Shown here: in pieces, positions 29,472 through 42,830 of the stretch
Position numbering within the stretch: position 1 is the stretch's first letter
Layout: every line of letters begins with the position of its first letter
Assembly: GCA_964016885.1 (NCBI GenBank)
Contig: OZ024742.1
Span: 298,592,001-298,656,000 of the forward strand
From: Eledone cirrhosa
Lineage: Eukaryota
Direction: 5' to 3'
DNA: 64,000 bases
The notes under the pieces: generated by a model
What the model was told of the DNA's origin: nothing
The model's input: the letters and a program-made list of their open reading frames with translations, nothing else
Databases searched by the model: none
Translations under genes and position numbers: made by a program

Positions 29472-29904
29472 ATGTTCCATGTTTATACATTTGCACAACT
29501 TCAAACCGATTCGACTCAACATCTGTAAGATTGTTGTAAATGGTCTAACTTAGGTCAACGACTATTTATTTCATTCACACTTACCTGCAATTACGGAAAT
29601 AATCGATAAAACTAAATACATGACGCTTTACCCCTCTAATAGAATCTGGATACCTCTCTCTACTCCCCTTAAACTTTAAGAGAGAGAGAGAGAACGTTTG
29701 TTTTTGAGTGTGGAGCGGTCAAATATTTATTTACTTCAATGACAAAGAGAGCTTATTACATTTCATACGAAACAGCAATTATTCAAAAGCAACAGATAAA
29801 TTTATTCAACAACAAAAAAAAAAAAATAGCGATAAATCTTTTTTAAAACATCTATCAACGAACGTGGAAGAAAGAACTATCAGTTCATTTACTATACACA
29901 ATAA

Positions 29905-30090
29905 TATCTCTATGGGGTCACTAAACCTGCTAGAAACAGCAGCTAACTCTCCCCCATATCACACCACTCCCTACTGTCTTAAATTTAGAAAACATAACCT
30001 CTATGAGGTCACTAAACCTGCTAGAAACAGCAGCTAACTCTCCCCCATATCACACCCCTCCCTACTGTCTTAAATTTAGAAAACACACAT
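29905..30090. repeat. Tandem duplication of ~92 bp
   Basis: ctctatg.ggtcactaaacctgctagaaacagcagctaactctccccc...aaatttagaaaaca occurs twice. Confidence 0.9.
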
Positions 30091-30354
30091 TAGACAACCA
30101 TGCAGAACAACTCCATCGCAGCTCTGTTGTTCGGCTGGCATCGTCTACGCGCGTGTTGCGCAAGTACTGTGAAACAATAAATTTCAACACTTCTTTGCAC
30201 TGTGATAATATCCATAGGCGAAACTACAATTGTCACTGCTGGCGTAGCTCCTGCTTCGGCAGTCCAGGTCTGCAATTCATTCACCCAGTGCCTGGCAGAC
30301 AAAAAAGTGCTGCCATAAAATGGGTGGTGCTACCTAACTTTGGTAACTTACTGA

Positions 30355-30383
30355 CCCCGAGCAACGCCGGGCTTTAATGCTAG
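30355..30383 (+). mobile_element. Helitron 3' terminus
   Basis: cccg-agcaacgc-cggg hairpin, ~8 nt, then CTAG|T. Confidence 0.6.
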
Positions 30384-30454
30384 TGTATATATACATAAAT
30401 GTATGCTCTTCAATGAGGAAGAGAGCCATATCAGATTTAGTCGATTTATTCTAA

Positions 30455-31760
30455 ATTGCCAGAGTTATGAGAAAGATTAAAGGAAATAATCAACCCCAGT
30501 ACTAGACTAGTAATTTATTTATCAATCTCGAAAGGATGAAAGGCACAGTTGACCTCAACAGGATTTGAATTCAGAGTGCATTGCCGGAACGTATGCCACA
30601 AATCCTTTTATTCGACGTTCTAACCACTCATTCAATTCATCCAATGCGGTTTCGGTTTATTTATTTATTTTTTTAAATCTGAATTACGAAGAAAGGATAG
30701 TGCCTTTAGTTCCTCTAGGCCGTACTTGATTATAAATAGTGAATGTAATATGAAGTTGCAGCAGATAATTACTTGTAAAGAACATTTTTGTTGAACATAT
30801 GATCATATGAAGCATTAGTCAATTTGTAAATATAGTCACCACAATGCAGGTATCTATAATAATAGTTGATAACTATAAACAGAAGATAAATAAATTGAGT
30901 AAAATACCCATTAAAACGGGAAAAAGTGGGGTGAAACACGATGTTTGCATGATTCGTTTGCCAGCAGGCGTCTCCCTACATATTTTTTTTTACGAAAGAA
31001 GAGGTAATTACTAGCATTATTCCCCTATTACCTGTAGTTATTAATTATCAATAACTACGAGGACGGTGGATTGGCAGTGTCGGTAGAACTTCGGACAATA
31101 TATTTTCTGGCATAGAGTTACGTCCCTTTACAATCTGAGTTCAAATTCAACTGAGATTAGGTTTGCCTTTCATTCTTACAAGATCGATGAAATAAAGTAA
31201 TGCACTGGGTCGATTTAATCGAATTTCCCCTCCGCCAAAATTGTTGGCCTTGTGCCTAAATCAGAAACCATTATTATAGTTGTGGATTAGCAGTATCGGT
31301 AGAGGGTCGGACGCCATGCTTTCCAGCATAGTTACGTCCCTTTACGATCTGAGTTCAAATCCCGCCGAGGTTGACTTTGCCTTTCATCCTTACGGGGTCG
31401 ATAAAATAAAGTACCACTGGATAATTGCTGGCCTTATGCCTAAAGTAGAAACAATTATTATAGTTATCTACAATTTAGCGACTATAAATTCAAAGATAAT
31501 GGTTGTTTGAAATTTTCAAGCTGTGTTATTAAAAATATGTGGAAAGACAACGAACTCCAGACAGGCAGAATAATTGTTTCTACTTTTTGCACAAGTCCAG
31601 CAATTACTCCAATGCATTACTGGTGTTTTATTTTATCAACCCCATAAGGATGAAAGGCAAAGTTAACCTCGGCTGGGTATGAACCCAGAACGTAAAGAGC
31701 CACAACTCTATGCTGAAAATCAAGGTGTCTGATGCTCTACCGATATTGCCAATCCACCGG
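30455..31760. mobile_element. SINE cluster (30455-30640 -, 31060-31462 + two copies, 31570-31760 -)
   Basis: Family core found in each copy. Confidence 0.8.
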
Positions 31761-32222
31761 GGAGCAAACACCGTCCAGATTTAGGAGAGGTACACAATTG
31801 TAGAGCAAATTCGTGTCCAATAAAATATGAGCAGCTGTTTACTAGTAAAGTAGTTTTCTGGCCTTGAAAAGGAGACATAATCTTTGTGATGTGAAGCTTC
31901 GACAAAACGATTATAATATATCTGAATCAAAATCAATAGTGAATATAAAGGAACATAACATATATTACGTCCATTTCAACAGAAACAATCTTATCAGATC
32001 GATTTTTTTGTCCGTAAACCACGTAGAACAATAGCAGCCTCTGCCACCTGATGAATACGGCTCTGCGATAACTTGTATTACAGGTGAATATCTTGGAAAC
32101 TGACAACACGAACAATAGCTGAAGGCCGAGCAATATATGTAGGTATTGAATTTATAACATTATATATATATATGTGTGTGCGTATGTATCTCATACGTTC
32201 AAACACACACCTATGTACATAC

Positions 32223-32283
<61 letters not shown>

Positions 32284-32334
32284 TGCTTGTGTGTATATGT
32301 ATCTCATACGTCCCCCCCCTATATATATATATTA

Positions 32335-32889
32335 GAAAATGTGTGAGATCCTTGGTACAGTAAGGTATATTTGAAAAAAAGGAAAAAGAGTGACTTCACT
32401 TGTAGTGTTAAACACTTTTTTGATTTAATTTTATATCATATTATGAGTTGGTATAATATGTAGAAGATCACGCCATCTAGCGTCGACTTTGGAGGCAGTC
32501 GATTAACTGCCCTTAGTTCTGACGTCACGTCCTCATGTCAGTAGCTGGAACAACATCTCTTGAACGGTGATACCTTGAAAGGAAGAGACGTGTTTCCACG
32601 CAGCGACCCAAACAGCGATATCACACCATGCGGTCGCGGCATAATATAATGATCGAAAAGTACCCAACCTAGGAGCACTGATGTATTTAATTATATTATT
32701 TAATTGCTCTAATTAAAATGTTCATATAACATAATAATGAGGTATGTTCCTTCTTCCTTGTTTGACCATGTGCCAGTATATTATATTCAATTAGACGGGA
32801 TGTCTGACCGTCCCGCCTAAAAATATTATAAAATTAAATCAAAAAATTTGTTAACACTACAAGTGAAGTAATTCTTTTTCCTTTTTTTT

Positions 32890-32897
<8 letters not shown>
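32335..32897. mobile_element. Non-coding insertion with inverted arm
   Basis: 32366-32435 against 32827-32897 (diverged); ~30-nt tail on the left; (TA)n flanks. Confidence 0.7.
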
Positions 32898-32924
<27 letters not shown>

Positions 32925-33464
32925 GTGTGTGTGTGTGTGTGTGTGTGTATATACATATGTACATGTTTGAGCGTATGGGATACACACACATACAAGCACG
33001 AACGCATACACACACATACATATATATATATATAAGACCAATACCTTATTTGATTATGCTCTATTCAACTAAATTGCCAATAGAAGGTTTTACATGTAAT
33101 TCAATGCATCAGCATTGTCCTATGTTGTCAGGCTGAATCCCACCGAAAGTCATTTAGAGGGTACACATATCAGTGTAAATAACTGTCACTTACATTTGAA
33201 TGTATTCCTATATTTGTTTACTAGTCTCAGTCACTTGACTGCAGCCTTGTACAATCTCGACTTATTCGACCATATCGACCCAAGTACTTTTCTTTTTCAA
33301 GTTTGTTACTTATTCGATCCACTTGATTTTTTTTTCCACCGAACCACCTAGCTACGGGAGATAACGAAAGACACAAACATAAACATGTACACATGTACAT
33401 ACTCACAAACATACTCAGAGACACATACACACACATATATATATATATATACATATATATATAA

Positions 33465-33694
33465 TGTTATATTTGGGGAGGGTCATATTTGTGTAATATT
33501 GCCAGAATTAATAACAGAACACACTCACTGTTTGGTTGGTTTTCGCTTTTCAGTGAGTGTGTTCTGTTATTAATTCTGTTATTAATTCTGTTATTAATTC
33601 TGTTATTAATTCTGGCAATATTACACAAATATGACCCTCCCCAAGTATAACAATATTTGTTTCGACACACGATTTCATATCAAAAACCTCGCAA

Positions 33695-33698
<4 letters not shown>
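33465..33698 (+). mobile_element. Fold-back of a family-B-related 3' end
   Basis: Arms 33465-33530 / 33551-33652; ttctgttattaa x4 in one arm and x1 in the other; atgaccctcc.caagtataacaat...acacacgatttca shared with family B. Confidence 0.85.
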
Positions 33699-33737
<39 letters not shown>

Positions 33738-33740
<3 letters not shown>

Positions 33741-33820
33741 TGTCCCCAAAATATGTATACACACTTTGATTACCCGTACAGGCTATATTTATTAGAATGC
33801 CTGTGTTTTGGGACACACTG
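33738..33820. mobile_element. Tiny Tc1/mariner-like MITE
   Basis: Degenerate TIRs ggtgtccccaaaa / ttttgggacacactg with TA flanks. Confidence 0.4.
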
Positions 33821-35359
33821 TATATATATCCAGTCATGGGCCCTGTATTCTTTATGAAGCTATAGTGTCACCGTGGTGACATTCTGCACTCCTCGGGCAC
33901 TAGGATCCTGGCGAAGACCATTCCTCTGCAGGTCTGAATAATGAAGAGAGGGAGAGAGAGAGAGAAAGAGAGAGAGAGGAAGATAGAGAGAGAGTTAGAG
34001 AATACACAAGAAGTTACCTGGAATTTTTGATTCTTAATATTGATTCTTTAAACTATATTTTCTGCATATTCTAATGTAAAATGACAGACGTGTACTTTAT
34101 GTATTCTTTCGTTGTAGATATATAATTAAATATTTTCACTTAGTATAGTTAGTTACGTCTGTTTACTACGTTTGGTAATATAATATGCATTCATGCATGG
34201 GCCCATAACACCTGAGGGAGTCGTAGGGGCACCGTATTATCAAGGGCATTTTAAAATCTGGCGGAGCCCAATCCTCTTCAGGTTTGAATACAGCAGACCT
34301 CTTCCAGAAAAGGATAGAGATAGTGAGAGAATGGAAGTGAGAAAGACATAGCGGAAAAATGAACATAACCCTTTCATTAATATATTTCTAATAAATATAC
34401 TGTATTTCCATTAATTAATGAAGAATTTAAAGTGATGGAGTAAATAAAATCTTATTTCGATATTAAGATAGAATTTTTAAACACAACTAAAGAAATGGTA
34501 TTATATAAATTTATGTTAGAAGGTTTTCACTGAAATAGGAACAGTTTAAAATGGATGTTTTCTTTCGTAGACCTAGAGCCGGTTTTAGCTGGGTTGTTAT
34601 CAAAACTGTTAAAAACGCACCAAAGAGAAGTCAACACTAAGATTGAATGGAGAGACAAAGATAATAAGTAGAGAGATATATTTAGTTTTATACATGTTGT
34701 TCTTAAATTGTAAGTGGCAATGCTGGATGTTGAGTTGGCATGTTGGATGCAATCAATTGTCGGATAATTGCAAAGTAATTGAGGTATTGATTTCTTTGCC
34801 TCAATCATAAAACTCAAGGAATGTCTTATTTTATTTAGTGACATGTAAGGAGCTGAAAATAAGCTAGAATCATTTAATGTATTTATTTTTGCAGTTTTGC
34901 TGTCAATATAAAATGTAGCCAGTACACTAAAGTGCTAGTGCTAGTGCCACGATAAAATGCATCTAGTACAATTTGTAAAGCGTTTGGCATTAACAGGAAT
35001 ATATCCAGTCGTAGAAATCAGGCCAGCTGTAGAGCATAAGTATCAAAACGTGGTCCCCCCGCCAATGTGGTCTCGGACTCAGGGAAGCTATCTTACACAT
35101 GCCAGCAGTAAACAAGGAATTCAAATGAGAATGATGATGATTGCAAATGTTCTACTTAATATGATATGAAATAAATTATAAAACATTGAAAATATTTTAT
35201 TTTATTGTAAAAAAAATTATATTTTTGAATGATTCTAGATTAGTCTATTTCATAAAACAAAATGAGCAAGTGAACATTAATTAAATGTAAAAATCGTTTA
35301 TATATATATATATATATCCAGAAGTGGTTACACAGCAGTTAGTCAGTTAGTTCACCATA

Positions 35360-35399
35360 CCGAGAACAATTGTTTCACCTTAGCGGATCCTCAGCTCGG
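35360..35399 (-). ncRNA. Minimal type I hammerhead, family C
   Basis: ccgag CTGAGGA tccgctaaggt GAAAC aatt GTT ctcgg. Confidence 0.88.
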
Positions 35400-35891
35400 A
35401 ATGGGCATGGTTATAGGAACGGCAAGGACAACCGTACGAACGCGCATGCGCAGAAACCCGGTCACTTCACACAGGCAATACTAGACTGCGTGCGAGAGAT
35501 GTAAGGGAGATAACTGCGAAAGTCCGAAAAGTTTTTAGGTTGAAAATAAAATTACAAAGGATCAGTCCGGAGCCTTGTAGTTATGCAATAGGTGTTTGGC
35601 GACGTGTGGACAACGTGTGAAAAATTCATTCCTCGTGTTTAGGCAATCACTATTGCGTAATCTCTTTAGAATAGTTATTCGTTCGTCAATACATAAGCCA
35701 CACGTCGGATTTCCCCTTGCGTATGGCTTGGACTTAGTGATGGCTTTCCATTGAATGGAGTAGTCTATACTTGAGTCCTTGGGGGACCATACGTGGTTCG
35801 CGAGTTTCGTGGATGAACGTCTGTCCGGGTACCTAAAGGTAGACTGGTGGTTCAGGAAACGTTCCTTAAATCGGTCCTCCGCCATGCCCAC

Positions 35892-36767
35892 AATTACATT
35901 CACAAGGACTTATGCCACCCTCCCACTGTTTTTAGAAACTTCGTTAAGAATATCAGTACCAGAATCTCAAACCTCTCCTCTAATAAGGCTATCTTTGACA
36001 GGGCGGCACCCTACTATAACACGGCGTTGTCTAACAGCGGCTTCTCACAACCCATCATTTACTCTCCCACTAGCAACAACACCATTAAGAAAAGTAAGCG
36101 CAACAATAGACAAACTATCTGGTTCTCTCCTCCCCTCTCACTCAACGTTAAAACCAATGTAGGAAAACAATTTCTACCCCTCTTAGATAGACACTTTCCC
36201 ATAGGTCATAAATACCGATCCATCTTTAACCGACACAACGTTAAACTAGGATACTCCTGCGCTAAGAACATGAAGGCCCACATCACCAGCAACTCTAGGA
36301 GAAACACCCCAGTAGGGTTCTCTTGCCGTAAGCCTGAAGCTTGCCCCCTTCAACAGCAATGCAACACACCAGCTGTAATTTATGAAGCTGTGGTCACTTT
36401 CAACCGACCAAACGAACCACAGGAGGTCAAATCCTATGTGGGCATGGCGGAGGACCGATTTAAGGAACGTTTCCTGAACCACCAGTCTACCTTTAGGTAC
36501 CCGGACAGACGTTCATCCACGAAACTCGCGAGTCACGTATGGTCCCCCAAGGACTCAAGTATAGACTACTCCATTCAATGGAAAGCCATCACTAAGTCCA
36601 AGCCATACGCAAGGGGAAATCCGACGTCTGGCTTATGTATTGACGAACGAATAACTATTCTAAAGAGATTACGAAATAATGATTGCCTAAACACGAGGAA
36701 TACATTTTTCACACGTTGTCCACACGTCGCCAAACACCTATTGCATAACTACAAGGCTCCGGACTGA
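35892..36767 (+). CDS. PLE RT-thumb/linker plus GIY-YIG endonuclease (truncated ORF)
   Basis: IWFSPP..NVKTNVGKQFL.LLDRHFP...IFNRHNVKLGYSC; CPL...C...VIYEA..YVGMAEDRFKERF.NH; xxLC..E...LNTR.....CPH. The first ~15 aa of the tracked ORF come from the inverted arm. Confidence 0.9.
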   Translation, partial: NYIHKDLCHPPTVFRNFVKNISTRISNLSSNKAIFDRAAPYYNTALSNSGFSQPIIYSPTSNNTIKKSKRNNRQTIWFSPPLSLNVKTNVGKQFLPLLDRHFPIGHKYRSIFNRHNVKLGYSCAKNMKAHITSNSRRNTPVGFSCRKPEACPLQQQCNTPAVIYEAVVTFNRPNEPQEVKSYVGMAEDRFKERFLNHQSTFRYPDRRSSTKLASHVWSPKDSSIDYSIQWKAITKSKPYARGNPTSGLCIDERITILKRLRNNDCLNTRNTFFTRCPHVAKHLLHNYKAPD

Positions 36768-36927
36768 TTCTTTGAAATTTTATTTTCAACCTAAAAACTT
36801 TTCGGACTTTTGCAGTTATCTCCCTTACACCTCTCGCACGCAGTCTAGTATTGCCTGTGAAGTGACCGGGTTTCTGCGCATGCGCGTTCGTACGGTTGTC
36901 CTTGCCGTTCCTATAACCATGCCCATT

Positions 36928-36967
36928 CCGAGCTGAGGATCCGCTAAGGTGAAACAATTGTTCTCGG
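36928..36967 (+). ncRNA. Minimal type I hammerhead, family C
   Basis: ccgag CTGAGGA tccgctaaggt GAAAC aatt GTT ctcgg; palindromic AACAATTGTT. Confidence 0.88.
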
Positions 36968-37051
36968 TATGGTGAACTAACTGTTGTGTAACCACTTCTA
37001 CCTATGGACTGAGTGCTCTACCACTACGGATATTACCTTCCAGTGTTCCAC

Positions 37052-37140
<89 letters not shown>

Positions 37141-38479
37141 TGTATTCATGTATGTATGTATGTATGTATTCATGTATGTATGTACGTATGTATAAATGCA
37201 TGTACGTATGTATGTATAGTGAAATTTATTTGTAAAATGACAACTCATGTTAATAGAATATTTACCAATGATCTCTACAAAAAAAAAAAAAAACATTTCA
37301 ATGGGCTGCAGTGACAACGTCAATAATGATGATGATGATGATATATCAAACACTCGTGTAGTTTTATCTCGTTGCTGCTCACAGGAGTTTTATCGGTTGT
37401 TTTAATAGTCAGGAGAACCCTTCCTTTCACGAAAAGTAAGGTAAACTGAAACATGGTGTTCAAGAAAAGTACGCGCTATTCGGTCGTGCAATCAAATCAA
37501 TGACTCAGTAATTGTGAGTTCAACACCATAGCCATTACATATTCACTAGTAATCATGCAAACCAGTGCTAACTATTTCATGGTCAAGCCGTCGGTGACTG
37601 AGTCGGCAATTCTTAGAGTCTCACCTTCGTATGTGTAGGGTGAATGGACATCGCGACACGACAAACATAAAGAAAAAACCCACAATACCTATCTGCTGTT
37701 AACAAAGGGTCAACAGCCATCAATGAATCAATTCTACAAATTAAATGGCTGTCCCATTAATGTGTTTAAGTGTAGCATTTTTGATTCGCTTGGCAACATG
37801 TGTATTCGATTGTCTCACTGGTCCTTTGCGTTTCATCTAATCCTGGGAAATCAAGGCGGGAGAAGACATTGGTAGGATGTGAGGATCAACTAGGGTGGTT
37901 TAAATCAAGCTTGGCTGTGATTATCAACATCGCATGTTCAACGGCAATCTATTCGCCTACATGACTACGTGATCAGTTTGTTGATGAGTGATGTCGCTCA
38001 TGCATTATCGGTAACAACTGACATGTGACATTCTCTGTAGTGAGGAGCATTCTATATACATGCATGTATTTAGTCGACGCAAACTATATTGAGATTGTAG
38101 AGAACACGACTGCAGGATTGATTTAGAATAATATGCTAGAATGTCTTTCTTATCACTATTCTTTGACAGCTGCAATGATATACTGGAGATGATATATATT
38201 AAAGAACCTTTTCGGTTATAACTGAACATGGGTCTAACCCTGGAAAATTCCTTGTCTTGGAAAAATATTTTGTGGACGACCAGCCAGTGCCCCTGCTTCA
38301 CAACACCGACGTTCTCTAAAAGAAAGGTAATGACGTCGCGACTCATTTTTTTCCGGCTGATTGAAATAGAGTGACGTGAAATAAAATGTTTAGCTTAAGA
38401 ACACAACGCACCGCTCGAGCAGGATATCGAACTAACAACCTTTTGGATTTTAGCAGTAGCTGCGCGTGTAATACAATGG

Positions 38480-38675
38480 TTTCTGGCTTAGGCACATGGC
38501 CAACAATTTTGAGGGAGAAGAAAGTCGATTAAATCGCTTCATTTTATCGACCCCGTAAGGATGAAAGGCAAAGCTAACCTCGGCGGGATTTGAACTCAGA
38601 ACGTAAAGCGCCGTAACTCTATGCCGCAAAGCATGTTGTCCGACGATCTACTGATACAGCCAATCCAGCGCCCTT
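38480..38675 (-). mobile_element. SINE
   Basis: Reverse-complement core at 38545-38605. Confidence 0.85.
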
Positions 38676-39929
38676 ATACACGCACGTGTAATATAATTGA
38701 AAGTAAATAAATGCACTAGACTGTTGAGAATCACTTCTATTTTTATTCACAATGTCATTGTGAATAAAAATATGTAGGGATCAGCTGGAATATCATTTCA
38801 AATGTTAATTCGTTCTCTTCAGTAATCACCTATTCTGCTCTTAACTTAGCGTCAGACAAGTAGAGTTTAGTTACATTTCGAAATAGACAATGAGAAGCAT
38901 ATTTAAATGTCTTACTGAAAGTCATGGTAATTTAATACATTATCTCTTCTTTAATTTGTTCATTTTAGGGGATATTTCCCATGATAGCCAGATATTATAA
39001 TTCTTAACGTTTTCCAGAAATGTGAAACAAATTTTAAACTGCGTTATACACATGCTAATATATGATTTCTGAAATATTGAATGTCAAAACACTATACAAT
39101 ATAGCATCGGATTCAAAGTTAATAAAAGTACGTGCTATAAAAATAATTTATTTTAGGTGACATATATGCATATTTATTCTGGGAGATGTGCATGTGTGCT
39201 CATTTATGCGTGTGTGTCTATTCCCGTGCGTGTATGTTTATTTTAACGGCTGCGGTTATTTGAACAAAACCCATTTTAATGACTTTCAGAAGTCAATTCT
39301 TTACGTGAATGGCTATTTATAAACTATTGATTTTACTGAGTGGCCGTTAATGAGGTCTCACAGAACAATTGTGTCTTTATAAAGTGCTTCTCACCGGGTC
39401 AATGGTTGAAGCTTATGTTCTTATTGTGACTAGATATATCGGAAGGTGATTATAATATATCTAAAATGATTAGAAATGTAGAGGCAGGAAGCCCTTATGT
39501 CCTGGTGGAGACGAGTAGAGTGGAGATATTTTAAAATGAAAATCGAATATACGGAAAGCTTGAAGAGACATTGAACTGATTAAGAGTCAAGTGCACCGGA
39601 CACACTTTGACCAGTTTCTCTTAAATAGTTTGTAGATAATGTGTGAGAGTAAAATAAATATTACACTGCCAGAAAACAGGCACTACATCAGGCCCGCTAC
39701 CATGTACACACGCACGGCAATTGTAAAATTACTCCGGTCCTTCCAAACAAACAAAACAATTACACTCAAATAATGTATCCCGGAGATAGGACTTATCTTC
39801 AACAAATTTTTAATCTCTCTCCAGGGATAATACCTTAAACTTTCTAAACATGGTATATTGTGTCCCATTCTCATAAAAGGCAATTCCCTTAATTCCGCCA
39901 ACTACGATCTTATCATGCATACTTCGAAT

Positions 39930-40700
39930 ATATCAAATACGATGGAGCCAACAATTATTAACTACCCTCTCCAAGCTTACAAACCTCGCCCACGTAATGT
40001 ATAACCATTACAGTTTTTATAAAGCCAGATCTACTGAGAACCTTCTCTTCTATGTCACACGATAGTGGGCTATCACCCTCGAGAAATTTGATGAAAGAAG
40101 TATTGCCGCCTTAGATATAAACATACCTTTCTAATGTGTATATTCCGGGAATCCTCTATCTTTGTGTTCCAGCTGTCTGTTGCTAATTGCTTAACAGCCT
40201 GAATTCTCACAGCGTGTGATGATAGACCTCTCTATGACCAGCATTATGATCATTGGGTTCCCAAGGTTCCACAGTGTTCCCACGCATACTTCCTACTATA
40301 TAGCCAATCATCCTTTGCAACTCTGACCCATACATTCATGATGCATCCTTTCATTCCTATCCATCCTTACGCTCCTAAGTGTTAAATATATACAGCTCGG
40401 ATACTTTACGCCTCATGTACAAACTTATTGAAAATAACCTCTAACGGGAACATGCCAATCTTTTATTCTTCAACACCAAACACGATGCAATCATTGAACA
40501 TATAACAAAAAACACTATCATAACTCACCTCAATGAACATGAACAACACACAGCTAGCCTCTGCTCTACGAAACTTGATCTCATGACAGACCCATTCAGT
40601 CACCCCTGAAAGATTCAGCTCTCCTCTCACCGTCCGTATTGTTTTCACCAACCAATACCACACTAACCACTGTGTACATCCCTTCTTCTCCAGGACGAAC
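39930..40700 (+). pseudogene. Decayed non-LTR (CR1/L2-like) reverse transcriptase
   Basis: HYSFYKARSTENLLFYVT..W..TLEKFDE.SIAALDI resembles QYGFRxxRST..LL...ALDISKAFD; a degenerate GVPQGS at ~40255. Confidence 0.7.
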
Positions 40701-42529
40701 GTCGGTGCCGGCTCCACAGAACACTCTCACTGCACATAATTTTGTGGCAGCCATCGACTTGCAAGAGAGCTTAAGTTGAGAGTTAACGGCTTGAATATCC
40801 CCAGTCTCAGAGGTCTAGTGAAGGCCACTAACGCATAGCATTCATCCAGAATAAATCAATAGAATAATATCGTGAATAATTTGAAATAAGATACATAAAC
40901 ACTAACCCATATTTCTATTCCTTTTATAACTGTTACAATTCTAGCAATGAAATCTATCAATTCATTTCGTGCTGAAATGAGATGGTGCAAAATATCCTTG
41001 CAGCTTCAATAAAACGACATTTTAAATAGAAGTTATTTAACGTACTGTAGAATGAATATGAATATTTAAAAAAAATGTTTTCTTTATTAGAACCAAGCAT
41101 CAGATCTCGGTGGTAACATAACTGTGCGAAAATGACAAAGAACAGAACATAGAAGACATTGTAAAGTTAATTATGACATATCTACGAGTCAATGTGTCTG
41201 GCTTATTAGTTTCTAACTTAAGTTGAAATTCTAATCATAAGTTCACATTCATATATAGGCTATAATTATAATGTAATATTAAGGAGGATAACTTAATTTC
41301 AACTAAATAAGATTATAAGCTTTCAAGCAAGTAAAAGAATAGTCTTTAAAAGAACTAATACTTGTAATTTTGAAGAAATGTACGAAGCATAATCAAATGA
41401 ATAGAAATATACAGAGAAGCTTTCTTTACTTTATTAATGTGACAGTGATTTTGAATTACTGTTGGTTTACACACAAGGAAAGATCAAGTGCAAAATGACT
41501 AAAGTAGCAATACGGAAAGAACAAATTCGGGAAAATGAATCTTATGGAAATATATAAATATCTACGTTAAGAAATTCAAGAAAAAAATTAGATTGTTTTT
41601 GTGTCTTAAAGTACGTTAACTATAGATTATTTTTGGCATCATAATCTTCCATTTCCGAGGTAGTATGATGTTTATATGGGACCTGCGGTGAATGTTTCTC
41701 CAGCTACAACCTGATGAAATCAATATCTGACCCAGACTCCATTGCACGACATGCTGAAGATCACATGTTGACAAATCACTGATCATTCTCCAATATATTT
41801 CTCATTGAACACATACCACTGGAAACATCTGTTGTTTTGGGATTCCGAACTACTTTCCTATTTACTGCGATTGGGGTGAAAATGATCGATCCATGGAACG
41901 AAGCCTCGTGAATTGGATGGTTCCTTCAGTGTATCTGCCTACCCATCCTTCGGCAGCATCGAAATTCGCCATATATTTCGCCGGGATTATAAACAACAAT
42001 AGAAGAGAATTGATAATTAAAGTAATTATAAATCAAGCAAGAACAGACAGATATTTTAGCATTTTAATAGAAGTAGGCGTGCAGTTGCTAGAGCCTTCAC
42101 ACATTATTCAGTTACATGCGGATGCTGCTTTGTTACGTTTCTGGCAAAGAATATGTGGTGTATTAATACGGAGTTTGATACATAAGACAAAGTAGATATT
42201 GCAGGATAAGGAGAGGTAAGTGAAATGATTACTCCACTGTTTTATTTTAGTTTAGAAGAACAGAAATCCTTGTGATAATAGGCAGAATAGGCAAAACGCA
42301 CCAGTGCTGGCTCGTAGAAATAGCCTGTTGAAATTTGATGCTTGTGTCCCTCCACCTATATGGAACTAATGTAATATGGGCTACATTTGTACCATGCACC
42401 TTCTCAGTATCAACTGAATTCGATGTATTTTCTGGCTCTAAAATAGGAAGCCTAACCTCTAAGGTGCAGCATTAGCAAAGTGTCAAGTGTACTACTATTT
42501 GCGTATGAATGAGCTAGCAGTTTGTGAAC

Positions 42530-42830
42530 GCAGCGTGGCCGAATGGTTAGAGGAATCGCATCACAATCATCAGATCTCGGGTTCGATCCTACTGTTTGGC
42601 TTCTAGGGCATATGTTTTTCGAGTAACACCGAGTAGACAGAAACTGTCTCGAGAGCCATCAGATTGACTGCAACAGCAATTCAAAAAGCCAGCCTGTCAC
42701 ATACTGTGTTACGCCGAATCACCATGACAATTACGTTAAGTGTACACATATTTGTAGAAAGCTCAGCCACCTACGCGTTAATTTCATGAGCAAACTGTTC
42801 CGTTGGAAACATCGTCGAAATTGTCGGAGT
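42530..42830 (+). mobile_element. tRNA-derived SINE
   Basis: A box tggccgaatgg, B box gggttcgatcc; no complete cloverleaf. Confidence 0.65.

Larger units (their letters stand above)
35320..37055 (+). mobile_element. 5'-truncated PLE (family C, Hydra-like) with ~570-bp inverted arm
   Basis: 35320-35892 is the reverse complement of 36437-36999; HHR in both arms; ~55-nt tail; (TA)n flanks. Confidence 0.95.

Noticed and set aside
34540-34850. Possible decayed exon (death-fold-like impression)
   Set aside because: Multiple stops and no diagnostic motif
41640-42200. pogo/Tigger transposase remnant (FDAAEGW, minus strand)
   Set aside because: Single short motif; no TIRs or DDE region recognised
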